Below are positions 1-11,800 of a stretch of 64,000 nt of DNA, piece by piece. Every line of letters starts with the position of its first letter. Within the stretch, counting starts at the first letter, position 1. The notes under the pieces were generated by a model. It saw only the letters and a list, made by a program, of their open reading frames with translations, was not told where the DNA came from and did no database searches. The stretch comes from Xylographa opegraphella (taxonomy: Eukaryota). A program made the translations under genes and the position numbers. The DNA is taken from contig JALDZX010000027.1 of assembly GCA_022813865.1 (NCBI GenBank), positions 124,001 through 188,000 on the forward strand, given 5' to 3'.

Positions 1-300
1 AGATGGACATGGTCGGTTAGCAGTGGAGGACTTTTGTGACGACCAGACGCGTTTGCGTGCATATTTGAGCTTTCTCACAATGTGTGATTAGCAGTTCACC
101 CTTTGGCGTTCAGACTTCCTAAACATGTCGATACCCCTGTGTAATATATATGCATCAGCATGAGAAGAGCAATTGGCGCAATCACGAGTGACAAATGATT
201 TCATTCATGCAATAGAAGCTAGTCAACAGGCGACCAAGTTGTCCACTTGAAAACAGCCCAAGCAAGGAAATGCTATTCCCACTCCCCAACCAGATAGCAC

Positions 301-1001
301 CTATGCGACCAGCTCCACTATCCCTCCCGCTTCCTTGATCTTCCGCTCCGCCTCCTTGCTAAAATACCGCGCCCTCACCACCATTGGTATCTCCGGTAAC
401 CTGCCCTTGCCCAACACCTTCGAGTATCCGAGCGGTAGTAAATCGAGCACAGGTGCCATGTCGCCTTCCTTGTTCTTCAGGTACTCGTCACGCTTCTCGA
501 CAGGGACGAGGGACCAGAGCTATTCGTTGCAACAAGAAACAGTCAGCCTCCATTATATTTATCTTCACTCCGGAAGCCCCCAGTCCACTTCGACAAACTT
601 CCATCCCAAACAACACATCATATCCAACAATTACGAGCCCTTTCTGGAACAACAAATTCGCAACCGCTTGGAGAGAGTCGCACCTTATCAAGATTGATCA
701 CCGGCTTCCAGAACTGGTTCTGCAGCTTGTGGAAATACCGCATGCCGACCTTTCCGAAGTACCCGGGATGGTACTTGTCGATGTTCGTCCGGTGGTGATG
801 TTGTCCACCAGCCATACCGCGACCACCGGGATGCTTGCGGTGCTTGCCCACTCGGCCGTGACCGGCGGAGACATGACCGCGGCTGCAGTGGAAATCAGAG
901 ATTAGCGTCTGCTTGGGCATGTAGCAACGGTGTCGAGGAGTATATCGGTGGTACACGGGGGCTCCTTACTGCTTGCGCGTTTTACTCAATCGGCTAGGCA
1001 T
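301..1001 (-). CDS. RPL28: 60S ribosomal protein uL15 (L27a / yeast L28), 3 exons
   Basis: The spliced translation reads [62 protein letters not shown]...[16 protein letters not shown] at 1001-999, TAG at 303-301, two GT-AG introns. Confidence 0.97.
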
Positions 1002-1122
1002 GTTGGCGATTGAGGTGGAGGGTTGGAATAGATTTCGATATCGTTGTGGTGATATTTGACTGTGGGAATTTGGAAGTTCGGGACGTGGCGCTAGTGGAGC
1101 TTAGTGGCTCGCTTATTACAGA

Positions 1123-1130
1123 CAGCCCTA
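1123..1130. promoter_or_regulatory. CAGCCCTA, resembling the AGCCCTAA (Homol-E/Tbf1-like) ribosomal-protein promoter element
   Basis: Lies about 120 bp upstream of the RPL28 ATG. It is a 7/8 match to the motif known from filamentous-fungal ribosomal protein promoters, and a motif this short may occur by chance. Confidence 0.3.
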
Positions 1131-1315
1131 TCAAGGATTCCCAGCAACAGGATTCACTCTCATCACTACTGTTACTGCTCAATGTCATAGTTATGGCTAC
1201 TGCTCCCATACTAGAGCCAGATTCGTACTCGATTATTACAGTGTCAGACTCAAAAGATTTCTGTTAATCTGGTGATGTAATCACGTATGTCAATAAATGA
1301 AACCCAACGTCAGGT

Positions 1316-3338
1316 TCAGTAGTAGCGTCTACGTACGATTACCACTTCGGAACCCTCAGAGCTGGAAGACACATCTGTTGATCTAGTAGATCGTGTAGTG
1401 GGATCGGAATAATCTGAACGGTATATCATCGGTGAGCTTGGAGCCGAGACTGGATCCGAAAGTTCCGAACGCCGTTGTACGTAGGAATAAGCACTGCTGC
1501 TCGCAGAAGTAGAAACGGACTCTAATGGTTCATCGACTTTCAATCGCTTGAACGGGCGTGTCTGAGTTTCGATCTTGCAAAAGCTGATTGCCAGATTTGA
1601 CGGGGGTTGATCTGGCTTTGCACTCGTGACAATGATTTTGAAACTCTTATGATTCCTTTCGACGAGCTCAGAGAGTTTCGACAACAACGATTCGCCTTCG
1701 TCTGAAAGAAACTCCAATTGACATAGGTCGAAGCGATCGATGATGATGTACAGCGGCTCGACGATGGTCACAATACGTTCGAAAATCCTCCATACTTGTT
1801 CGAAAGACTCAGCACGTTGAAACAGTCTCGTATCAAACAGTTCCGGGTTCTCCATGACGAGAGTCGGCTGCTTTTCTATGATCCGGCAGATGAGTCGTTT
1901 CACTAGCTGCGTATCCGTATAGCTTTCTCCACGAGGACGGTCACACAGTGCAAAGGATAGAAGAGCGTCTTGAGCCTGAGACGCGCGGATCACATCAAGC
2001 GAAAGTTCGGTGACCCAGGTATCTCGATTTGATGTCGGAGCGGATATCCACAGTATTGAATTGGCTGGAAGTCTTGTCCAGAATGTCAGGTAAAGGAGAA
2101 TATCATTCGCCTCCCATCGATCCTTTGGGGATAGACGGAAGTTTACATCCTGCCAGAGACGCATCTCGTCCGCAATGTTCTCGACATTATGGACAAGGGC
2201 ATTCTGGAGATTTGAGGACGCCTGTACCGCTTGTACTTTGTTCCACTCTACTGATGTATTAGCTATTATAGCACATATCAGGGCTTCGTAGATGATCAAC
2301 TGACTGCTAGAGAATGCTCTGATTTCATCTACCTCACTGCTCAAGTCTGTCATATTGCCTACTGCAGCATTCATGATCCGATACATCCCAGCGATCACTA
2401 ATGGTATGTTAACCATCAAAAATTCGCGGAAAGGCAGCTGAACACACCGGCGCCAGTTCCTTCAACAGTCTCCTTCACACTTTGCTGCTCTGCGTAATGA
2501 GATCGTTCTGCTAAATCATGGAGCCGTTTAGTCAAGAATGTCAATTTTGCAAATTCCTTGGAAAATTCGTATTTGGATCTCGGGAACATAGCGTCGACAA
2601 GCTTGCCTAATGTCTGGTCAGATGTGTTCCAACACCAATACAAGCCACTGTACCGAGTCGCCCGAGTGCATAGTATGACGCAGCATGCTCCAGAAGAGTG
2701 AGCACGTCTGCGTAGATGGTGGCTAAAAGAATCTTCATTTCGCTAGTTGGGAAAAGGTCCCCATACGAGCGTATGTCGGGCAGACATTGATGAAATTGGT
2801 CGAAGTAATCTAGAACCTCTTTCTGCTTTTCGCTCTTCGTGACGACAGCCTGTCGAGAGTTTAGGGTGAATGCGCTTGAGGGCTTCCCCCAAGCTCACCT
2901 TGAAGATGATCATGAGGATACCATAGGGAACTGCATACTCAGGGCTTTGAGGAACCAAAGGCGCCACCAGCTCCGACATACGCACCGCGAAGCCACAGAA
3001 GGTGTTGGCAACGTTTCCAATACTCCTAGAATATTTCGATGTGGCTCCCTTTTTTTCTTGGATCGTGCGCTCCATGTCCCGAATGAAGGTTTCCACCGCG
3101 GCGTATGATTTGCCGTTGTCAAATAGTTGGCGGTCTTCTCGAAGAAGCCTGGCAGTGAGCCTTGCGCTTGTGCCGTGACAAGCATCCAAAGCTATTGCGT
3201 AGAGTCTGGTAGATCGCAGCACATTGGCCACCGTACAAAGCATAGCATCAAGCAGGTAGGGTCATGAACTCACACGTCGTCCGAGCCGGAGACATACCAC
3301 TGTGTGGCAGAAGCACTGGTCGCAGGCACTGAAGCCAT
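1316..3338 (-). CDS. Fungal NLR/STAND-like protein: helical N-terminal domain (DUF7708-like) plus degenerate NACHT/NPHP3_N-like P-loop domain, no C-terminal repeats
   Basis: Spliced model MASVPATSASATQWYVSGSDDV|LYAIALD...PQSPEYAVPYGILMIIFK|AVVTKSEKQKEVLDYF...YGDLFPTSEMKILLATIYADVLTLLEHAASYYALGRL|... followed by ILWISAPTSNRDTW (Walker A position), LYIIIDRFDLC (Walker B position) and FKIIVTS. At least 4 GT-AG introns. Confidence 0.7.
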
Positions 3339-3883
3339 TCGTGCCAGCTCCGAGTACGTCGTACAGGCTTTCGCAATCAGGTATCGATTGAGCGAAACTA
3401 CAACATCAAACGACGAACGAGCGCACGCCCGTTCTTTCAATCTCTATCGTATGATGACTGCGTTACCAATCTCCATTTGATCGCGACGCTCATCGATATC
3501 GACGAGTCAAGATGTCTCGAGACTGGGCAAGTGAGGTTGAGGATATTGTGGCCACAAGCTCTTCGTTGCTCGTCGGGACGAGAATGGGCTTCAGCATACG
3601 TTCTCGAGAATTCGGAGCACTTGTCTGTCACCCTGGTCGCTTGGCAATCCCGCCACGAAAGCCACCTCGCAAGTAAAGGCTGCCCTTGGCCGACGACAGC
3701 TCAAGAGTGGGCGACGATTGACCCGACCGTACAGAGACGTTTGACTGTTTCCTTCACCTCACAATATACATGTATGACGTACGTCATTAGACTACGTGCT
3801 TTGTACATTTCTCTCTTTCTATGATACGACTTGGTATATATAGTAAGCAGCAAGCGTGATTCGCTTGATATTATTCGCTGCCA

Positions 3884-6545
3884 ATGGAAGTCGAGAAATC
3901 GGCCGACCCAGACATACCACGAGCAGGTAGCCGCTCACCCGAACACTTGGACGTCGACGATGAATCTGGCGTTACGTCTGTCAGGCAACGCCGCAGTAGA
4001 TCCTCCTCGCGATCACTCGAAGAAGCTCAATTACATCGAAATTCTCCGCCACCCCTGGAGTCTCTCCGACATGGCAGATTTAACGTCAGACGCCAGCAAT
4101 CTGAAATTACGGACAACGAGGTGTATATATATTTTCTCACCAGGGTGGATGACGAAGACCACATCCACATTGTGAGTCCTTTGGTTGTTGCAATAATCAA
4201 AGATGTTGTGAAGTTTTATCCTGCCGCCATTTTCAGGAGAGGCAGCGTTGAGCTAGTCTCTCCGTTCAGCCTTCTCTACCATTACTTTGATGAGATGAAG
4301 GCGAGAGTTTCTGCGGAAAGCTCGTCTCCAGAGTTGGTGGAACATTTCGGTTTCATCGAACGCTTCGTGGCAAAAAACTTGTCGGAGCGGTTCCAAGAGA
4401 TACGGGAATCACTTATGACGGATAACTCCGTGTCTTTCGAAGATCTTTGGGCATTATACAAACCGGGTGACTATGTGGTCATCAAAGACGGCTTACACCA
4501 AAAGCTCGTTCTCATGTTTACAGACATTGAGGAGAAGAAAGTTCGACAGCCATATATAAATCGCCCGTTTCCTTCTTATATCGTCATGGCCTGGTGTGTG
4601 GTCTGGAATCCATCGGAGAAACTTTTCCAGCGACGCAGCTGGAAGTTGAAAATCCCAAGATATCCTGGCAAGCGTCACGTGGTTTCTTTACCCGTCTATC
4701 CTCTTCACGCCGTATCCAAGGCTGAACAAGAAAGCCTTCTTGCACATCTCAAGGATCGTGGCGAGCGATGGAGATCCTTGGTTTCTGGCCCGGCTCTGTG
4801 CTTCATGCATACAGGTCCCGCCTTCAAGAAAATAGCTCGAGACGAGGACATGAGAAGAGACAGGTATCGACAAGATGGAGAACAAACTACGAATGTAAGC
4901 GTCCTGGTCTTTGTCTCCCACTCCCAAAGCTGACTCACAAAAAGCTTGTGGGAAGGGTCATTGTGGAAGAACAAAAATTAAGTGCGTATTCTCGAACTGC
5001 TTACTTCATCTTCTTCTACCAAAGAGCCATCAGGCATATCCTTGGCGTGTGTAGCAGCGCCTATGTGTACTTGATATAGATGTTAGAGCTCCCTATTTGC
5101 GCTGACTTTGAGATGTTCTGGTAGTGGATCTGGCAATGATGTCAACAGCCGTCAAGCAAAATTCAAGTGCACATGCTGTTGCTGGCTTAGAGTGCGTATC
5201 CTAGAAGTCCCTCTTTCCCACTTTGCATCTTTGCAAAGCCACAAACCATCATTCCGGAGCACGACAGCAATGTCTTGAATTTTCGAGATTGACATGATGG
5301 CTCCCTGGTTTCACTCGAACGAGCGATGCTAACGCTGAAGTCTTTCACTAGTGACCGGCCTGAATTCAAAGATTGGGATGACGTTGCTCCGGACACGGTC
5401 TTCAGCGACGAGCAAAAGCTTCTATGCCCTCCGACAATTGCTTGCTTCGACATCACCACATCGAAGTGGTATGTCGTGGCGGTGGACAATCTGAGACCTG
5501 TGACCTGGAACACGACCGCCATGAACCATCTCGTCCTTGCGGAATCCCGAAAGACTCTACTGAGGGCTGTCATCGAACAACACACGAAGAAGGAGGTTGG
5601 TGATATCATTCAGAACAAGGGCATAGGACTGGTCATTCTCCTCCACGGCCCGTCGGGCGTCAGTTCGCCTGCTCTCAAGCAGCAAAATATCTGCTGATGA
5701 CGGAGTATCTAGGTTGGCAAGACGCTCACAGCCGAGAGCGTAGCGGAGTCGACGAAGCGTCCCCTCATTCCATTGAGCATTCAAGCCTTGATATCCGACG
5801 GCAAGCGGTTCGAGTCCGATCTGGGCCTGTTGTTCAGCAACGCTCGGCGGTGGAATGCTATCCTTCTTCTCGACGAGGCGGACATCGTACTTGAAGCCCG
5901 ATCATTTGAGGACATCCACCGCAATGGCATCGTTTCAGGTATGTGCCGTTCTTTACCTACCTTATCTTGGCTGGTTGCTGACGCCATTTAAGTCTTTCTC
6001 CGGCAACTCGAATATTACGGTAGGGCCGCAACAATACTTTAGCTCTCCCAACCACGAGCGAAGGCGCTAACCCTCTATCAGGCGGGATCTTATTCCTCAC
6101 CACCAACCGCATCAGCACCATGGACGATGCCTTCCAAAGCCGCATTCAGATCGCCTTCGATTACAAGCCTCTCGACCGGACCATACGCCGCCAGATCTGG
6201 TCCAACCTCATCGCGAGCGACGCAATCGAGATCGCGGACGATGCACGGGACTCGATCGACGAAGCCCTGGACGACCTGTCGCGCCTGGATCTCAACGGCC
6301 GCCAGATCCGCAACACTCTCAACCTGGCGGAGTCGCTCGCCAACGACGACTTCGCCACGCCGGGCCAGCTGCAGCGCGACCACATCACCAAGGCCGCCGA
6401 CGCGACGCTGAAGTTCAAGAAGATGTTCAACGAGGCGAAGAAGACGGCCAAGGGCAACGCGCGCACGGTCTGGGCGCCGTATTCGTCTGCGGGCGAGCCG
6501 CCAGCGCAGGTCACCCAGAGGGTTAGCTCGTGGGATCTTTCTTGA
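3884..6545 (+). CDS. Fungal AAA+ ATPase (DUF7025-like N-region, AAA core and lid), multi-exon
   Basis: Contains VSFEDLWALYKPGD; GLVILLHGPSG|VGKTLTAE (Walker A split by an intron at about 5659-5712); WNAILLLDEADIVLEARS (Walker B); GILFLTTNR; MDDAFQSRI (Arg finger) and LNGRQIRN (lid). All catalytic motifs are intact. Confidence 0.9.
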
Positions 6546-6659
6546 CGTTGACGATATAGTCAGGAGCTCGGTTGAGATTTGTATATAGTAGCCATTTCAG
6601 CTCGCACGTATTGTTTTGTGGGCGGCAGCTGATGCGCTGAAGGAAGAACGATGGTGAAT

Positions 6660-6778
6660 GGAGGAAAAGGTCAGGAGGAGAATGAGGAGGATGAAGAATA
6701 GGATGAGGAGGAGGATTATGAGGAGGATGAGGAGGAGGAGGTGGTGGTGGTAGTGGTGTTGGAGGTGGAGGAAGAGAA
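6660..6778 (+). repeat. Degenerate (GAG/GAT/GTG)n purine-rich trinucleotide microsatellite
   Basis: Sequence gaggaggatgaagaataggatgaggaggaggattatgaggaggatgaggaggaggaggtggtggtggtagtggtg, located downstream of the AAA gene. Confidence 0.75.
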
Positions 6779-8029
6779 AGAGCTGTAATCAAATAATACC
6801 GAAAAGGGAGTATAAGCTCTCAAACAAGCGAGCGACTAGTATGGTGACCGAACGGCTCTACAGCTGCGTCCCTAATACAACCGTAACGACGTGTCTGCTC
6901 AGCGGATATCGATGCGAAACTGAACATCTTGAAGACAGGTGGGAGGAAGCGCTGGAGTGGACCTGCTGATATATCTTCACTCATGTAGTTTAAGCATTTG
7001 ATAGAAGCGCTGCACCGAGTCCTGGGCGAAGCAACCGTCCCCAGGATCCCTCCCTCGATAATAGAAGACATCAGAAAGCCCTCCAAATCTCAGCCCTGAT
7101 AGATACCTTTCATGCGGTGTGGACTCCAATGAGAGAAAGCAGCATACCCATTGCCTTTATGCTTTATGCCTCACAAACTCTCTCGGGCGAAGGGTAACAT
7201 CTGACAGATCATTGACATTCAAGCCCCACTGCACGATTTCATGGAAAGACTTTGTGGATAGGTGTGAAGAGCTGATGAAATGCAATGCATAGTTAGGGAA
7301 CGGGGCAATAGAAGAAAAAATCCGGACGAGATGGAGCGGATATTAGCACGGAGGTGATGTGAGCTCGGGGATAACTGGATGACAGGGGTTAGCAGTGAAC
7401 ATGAAAACCGCTCCATATAACGTATGATGCGAGCAGACGGGCCTGCTGCTTTAGGAGGATAGTATGGAGTATCTGGGTTGCGATATGATGGTATGGACCG
7501 TATGATTTGAAGGTAGGCATGGAGAAGTTTCCGAGATGGGGTCAGTCTGGGAGGCTGAAGTATTCTGCTGAAGCGGTTGAGGCGGGATCGATGGATGTCG
7601 CTGTGGTCACCGTGCCCTCCGACGAGTTCAAGAGGTCTAAGTGTAGCTGGAGGCTTTTGTTTTTGACCCTAGTACTCGAAAGACAAAGCTTTGCCTCTTC
7701 GGGTTGAAGACACGTCTTTTGTCGACTGGAGTTATTAACCTTCCTCGGGAAGAATGTTATCTCCCAGGTGATACATGAACGCTATGAGATGAAAATGTAG
7801 CAGCGGGTTCTGGCACTCAAGCCAGCGATCTTAATCCCATATTAACGATAGTTCTTCCGTCAATGATATCTTCTACCACATTTCCATGCACAACGTCGAC
7901 AATTCTGATATGAAGATCGAAAGCTTGATGCCTGCTTACTTTGGGAGACACTTTGCCATCTATAACTAGTGAGCAGTCGCAACGAGTTTGGCTTAGTGCC
8001 GAGTTATGTCAGCCATCAAGGCTCAATGG

Positions 8030-11000
8030 CTATGCTGTTTTGCCCTCAAAGAAACCAGCGACACTGCTCAGAATCTCAGGAAACTGCTCCTTGCCGTCTC
8101 TGTTCCGAAGACTCTTCTGAATCCACGCCGGCAGCTTCTCCTGGATGCGCGGCGTATTATACCTCCGGTCCAACATGACGATGGTCGCATAGTCATTCTG
8201 GTGACGGATAGCCCTCCCCACGCTCTGGTTGACAGCCCTCATACACGCGTTTTCATAAAATTGACGACCGGCCACCTTGCCGTCTGCGGCGTTTCCACCC
8301 CTTGACAACGTCGCGCTCTCGATGTATTCCAGCTTTGCCTTCCATTCAGCGGTGTGAATGTTCGGAAATGGTAGGCCGACGACAACGACGCCACGGCCTA
8401 GCTTATCGGAGAAGTTGATTCCTTCTGACATTTTGCCGCCTATTACAGAAAGCAGCAAAGCGCCTTTGCCAGCTTGGACCGCCTGTGTATAGTCCCGCAA
8501 CACATCCTCTGCACCATTGCTGTCTTTGCTTTCTTGAAAGACTGCCTTTTGGTTGGATAGCTCACTCCAAATACTGCGCGGATTTTTCAGCCCAGATTTC
8601 CATCGAGAAGTAGTCTGCTCGAGGTATGCATAGCTGGGAAAGAACACGACCATACCGTAAGGAATTACCTGACTGAGCTTCAAGATGCAAGTGCCCAGGG
8701 CGTCGATCATACCTGGTATGTTTCGCTTCTCGAAGGTAAAGTCAAAATCAAGCTCCGCTGGCCCTTTGGTTATTGGCAGGGCGAGAAGGTTCTCCACTGG
8801 TATTACGTGTCCGCAACTGAGTAGTTTTATCCGCTCAGAGCTAAGGTAAGGGAGGAGATGATGAGTGTAGTCCTCCATCTGGACACTGTCAGTACGACAG
8901 TATCAGTGCGTTCGATCGATGAGCTCACTGGCGACATGGTCCCACCAGCTAGAATTACCGCGCGCGCTTCCTCTACGATATCTTTGAAGTGGTAAGTCGG
9001 GTCAAGCAACATGTATTTAAGAGATAGGCCGTTTCCTTCATCACGTGAGAAGAAGTAGCGGCCGTCGGCTGCTGGGTTCACGAGTGTTTGGAGGAAACTC
9101 TGGACTTGAGTCAGGACTGGCATGGTTGACGTTGGCTTTTCGAACTTGGCATCCTTGCTCTGTTTTTGATACATGTCATATCCGTCCACCTTACGTGCGA
9201 GCCTGCTTTCTTGTAGGTATCGCACTACCTTGTACAAATTGATCTGGTCCACTCCCTTCCCAGCCATCAGATCATTGATGTCGACGAGACCGTCTGCAGA
9301 CTTGCTTTTCGCTGATATGCCGGTCAAGTACGCGATTAAGGAGTCTACGAGTCTCACAACCTGGGTAACGTAAACTCTGTTTCTGCCTTTCAGCTTGTTT
9401 CGAAAGCGTTGGAGGTAGACCCCTAGCTGGTTACGGGAGCGCTCCAGCTGGCTTAAGAAGATCTTGACTGAATACATGCTAGTGATCGCATCCATTAAGT
9501 TATGAGCTTCATCGATAATTACCACATGGCCTTTGAGAGTAATATCCAGAGCTTCTCTTGCAGTTTTCTGAAGAAGCAAAGGATAAGGCAGTGTGACAAG
9601 CTAAAACATGATCAGTAAAGCGTGATATCGCACGAGTTTTGGGGGTAAGTGGTCTGATCGAGTATTGCTACATACCTCGCTCGGCTTGATACCTGCTCGG
9701 GATGCGTAGTACGGGCAGACTCCGACTCTTTTCCCTAGTTCACCCATGTCCTCTATATCGCGTACTCTTGCCAATGCATGGTCACGAAAATCGTTCACTA
9801 GAGTCTCATTCTCTTTGTTTGGTATGAACGGACATCTGTCGTCTTGGGAAGTCCCTGGTTGCTGTAGCTCTAGACATCTTTCGTTGATCATGGATAGGTT
9901 CTCGAGTCGTGACACTTTGGGGTTGATGCAAAGATTTTTTCGAGAACCCAAGGACAAATATTTCAATTCCGCCAGCGGTTCTGTCTTTGATTTCAAATCT
10001 CCTGATCCAGTCATACCTTGCAGAGCGAATGGAATATTCACCCTTCTGACTTCATTGGCAAATTGTGTGAGTTGTGAATGTGTCCTAGAGCAGTAGAATA
10101 TCTTGGGTTCGTCGAGGGCTTCCACGTCGTCTGCTTCGTTCATTGGTTTCACAATCATGCCAAGCCTATTCCCAAGATTAGCTACTGAAGACCGGTACAC
10201 TGTAGGGTAGACAGCACACCTGTTGAGAAGCTCGAAGCTTTTCGTTGAGATACCACCAGATTCTTCCGGGTCGGCATTGACCTGGGGCTTCGTGATCTCT
10301 TCTTCACTATCATAATCATCCAGCAGGTAGGACGCTTCCTTATCTGCAGCTGCGCTATTGTGCTCGTTTGGATTGAACTTCTGGAAGAGCTCAGCTGCTA
10401 TCCAGAGACAACTAAGTCGTACGCACAATTCTTTTCTGATATGATTCGCCATTCTCATAGCGCAACTTCTGCTGACGTTCCTTTGCCCTTATTTGCGAGA
10501 GTCTTCCTTCAAGAACTTGCTGTTTTCTTCTAATCAACCCCAATCTTTCCTCTTTTCTATGCGCGATAACCCAAGCGGGCTCTTCGTCATCTGCTTCATA
10601 TCAGTGAGATTTCAGCATCTACCCCTACACGATCCTTACGATTGTCATCTCCTAGGGAGGCATGTAATTTTATTTGCTGGTCTCTAAGCCATGTCATTGA
10701 GCCACAAATCAGACTAAGCGATTTGCCCTAGGATCCTACGAGTTAATTTTGTAATTGAGCAGAGGTTATAAACCCGGCATTAAGGACTTGAGTGAAAAAA
10801 TGCATCAAGTCACCTGCGGAGAGTTTTGGTAATAGTCGAAAAAAATAAAGCCATTCTGGAACAGACGCAGACGAGATAACCACGACAGTCACGAAATAAG
10901 CATAGACATACAGTACCTATGGATTCCTTCAGTTTGGAATCGATGAGAGACATTCAATGAAGGTACCTGTCGGGGACTCGAAGATACCCACTTGACCATC

Positions 11001-11090
11001 CTCAATACAATCGTACAAAGCATTCATGAAATCCAGTTGGATATCATAAGGTTTGAATGGATGGTGGAAGTCCTTCGTAGGAGTTTCCAT
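8030..11090 (-). CDS. CHL1: ATP-dependent DNA helicase Chl1/DDX11 (XPD family, Fe-S)
   Basis: [16 protein letters not shown]...[18 protein letters not shown] (assembled across a micro-exon), [69 protein letters not shown]. Confidence 0.95.
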
Positions 11091-11800
11091 CGTGTGCATA
11101 CACAAAAGGCTTCCCAAAGAATCGCTGGAAGCTGTGTGGATGGAGGGTTTACAAGCTTTACGTGGGTACCCTCGTATTTACTCCCAAGCCGAGGAGCGCC
11201 TGTCATTCGAATTACTATTTCGTGGTTACCGGAAACCTCTTTCTCCAGCAGTCACAACAGTAGTAAGGTGGAAGTGCCTTACACGATCTTGGCGGTTGGA
11301 GGCCAAAATAGATTGACCACTAGACTGCTCTTGGCGCGGGAGCTAAGATTGTTTCAGCTCTCGGCGTCCAGGCTCTCACGTTTCAATCAATTCCAGGCCC
11401 TTTGTGATGGATGATGGGCAAGAGCCTGTTTATGGGCCGCATATCTATTTCGCCTCTTCCAACGCGGGAACATGCTCCAGACCACTGTTGCGAGACTGCC
11501 TGCGCCAAGGCGGCTGAATTATTCAACAATCAAACATAGTAAAGCTACACTTCCTTAGTGACCAGGGCTGTACGGTAGCCTTGCAACGAAGTAAGTGGTG
11601 GCTTATACAATTGCGGGATTCGGCGACAAAGTCCATAAGAATCTGATGCGCGCCTTGATTAACAAACCTTGCGGTGGCTCTCTTTCGTGATTCTCCAAGC
11701 AACAAACTCGCTGGATCTTGACCGGGAATTATAGGCGCTCGAACAGTGAAGTGACCAAGCCTCAGAGTCGGTTAGGTCGCTACCCAGAGTTGGCAGCAGA

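Noticed and set aside
511..683. Possible box C/D snoRNA in the long RPL28 intron 2
   Set aside because: Box C is imperfect (ATGATGT), the only CTGA is the branch site itself, and I see no terminal stem or recognisable rRNA guide.
5807..5818. GGTTCGAGTCC tRNA T-loop / B-box motif
   Set aside because: It lies in a coding exon of the AAA ATPase (KRFES) with no cloverleaf around it.
6523..6792. Poly-proline ORF on the minus strand
   Set aside because: It is a by-product of the GAG/GTG microsatellite, starts at a non-ATG codon and has no other support.
7219..7668. About 150-codon open frame on the minus strand between the AAA gene and CHL1
   Set aside because: No ATG until 7416, no recognisable motif and no convincing upstream exon. 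It cannot be supported without homology or RNA data.
11407..11517. 36-codon ORF upstream of the Sel1 regulator
   Set aside because: The TSS is unknown and the ORF lies in a divergent promoter. Its length is unremarkable and the peptide is not recognisable.
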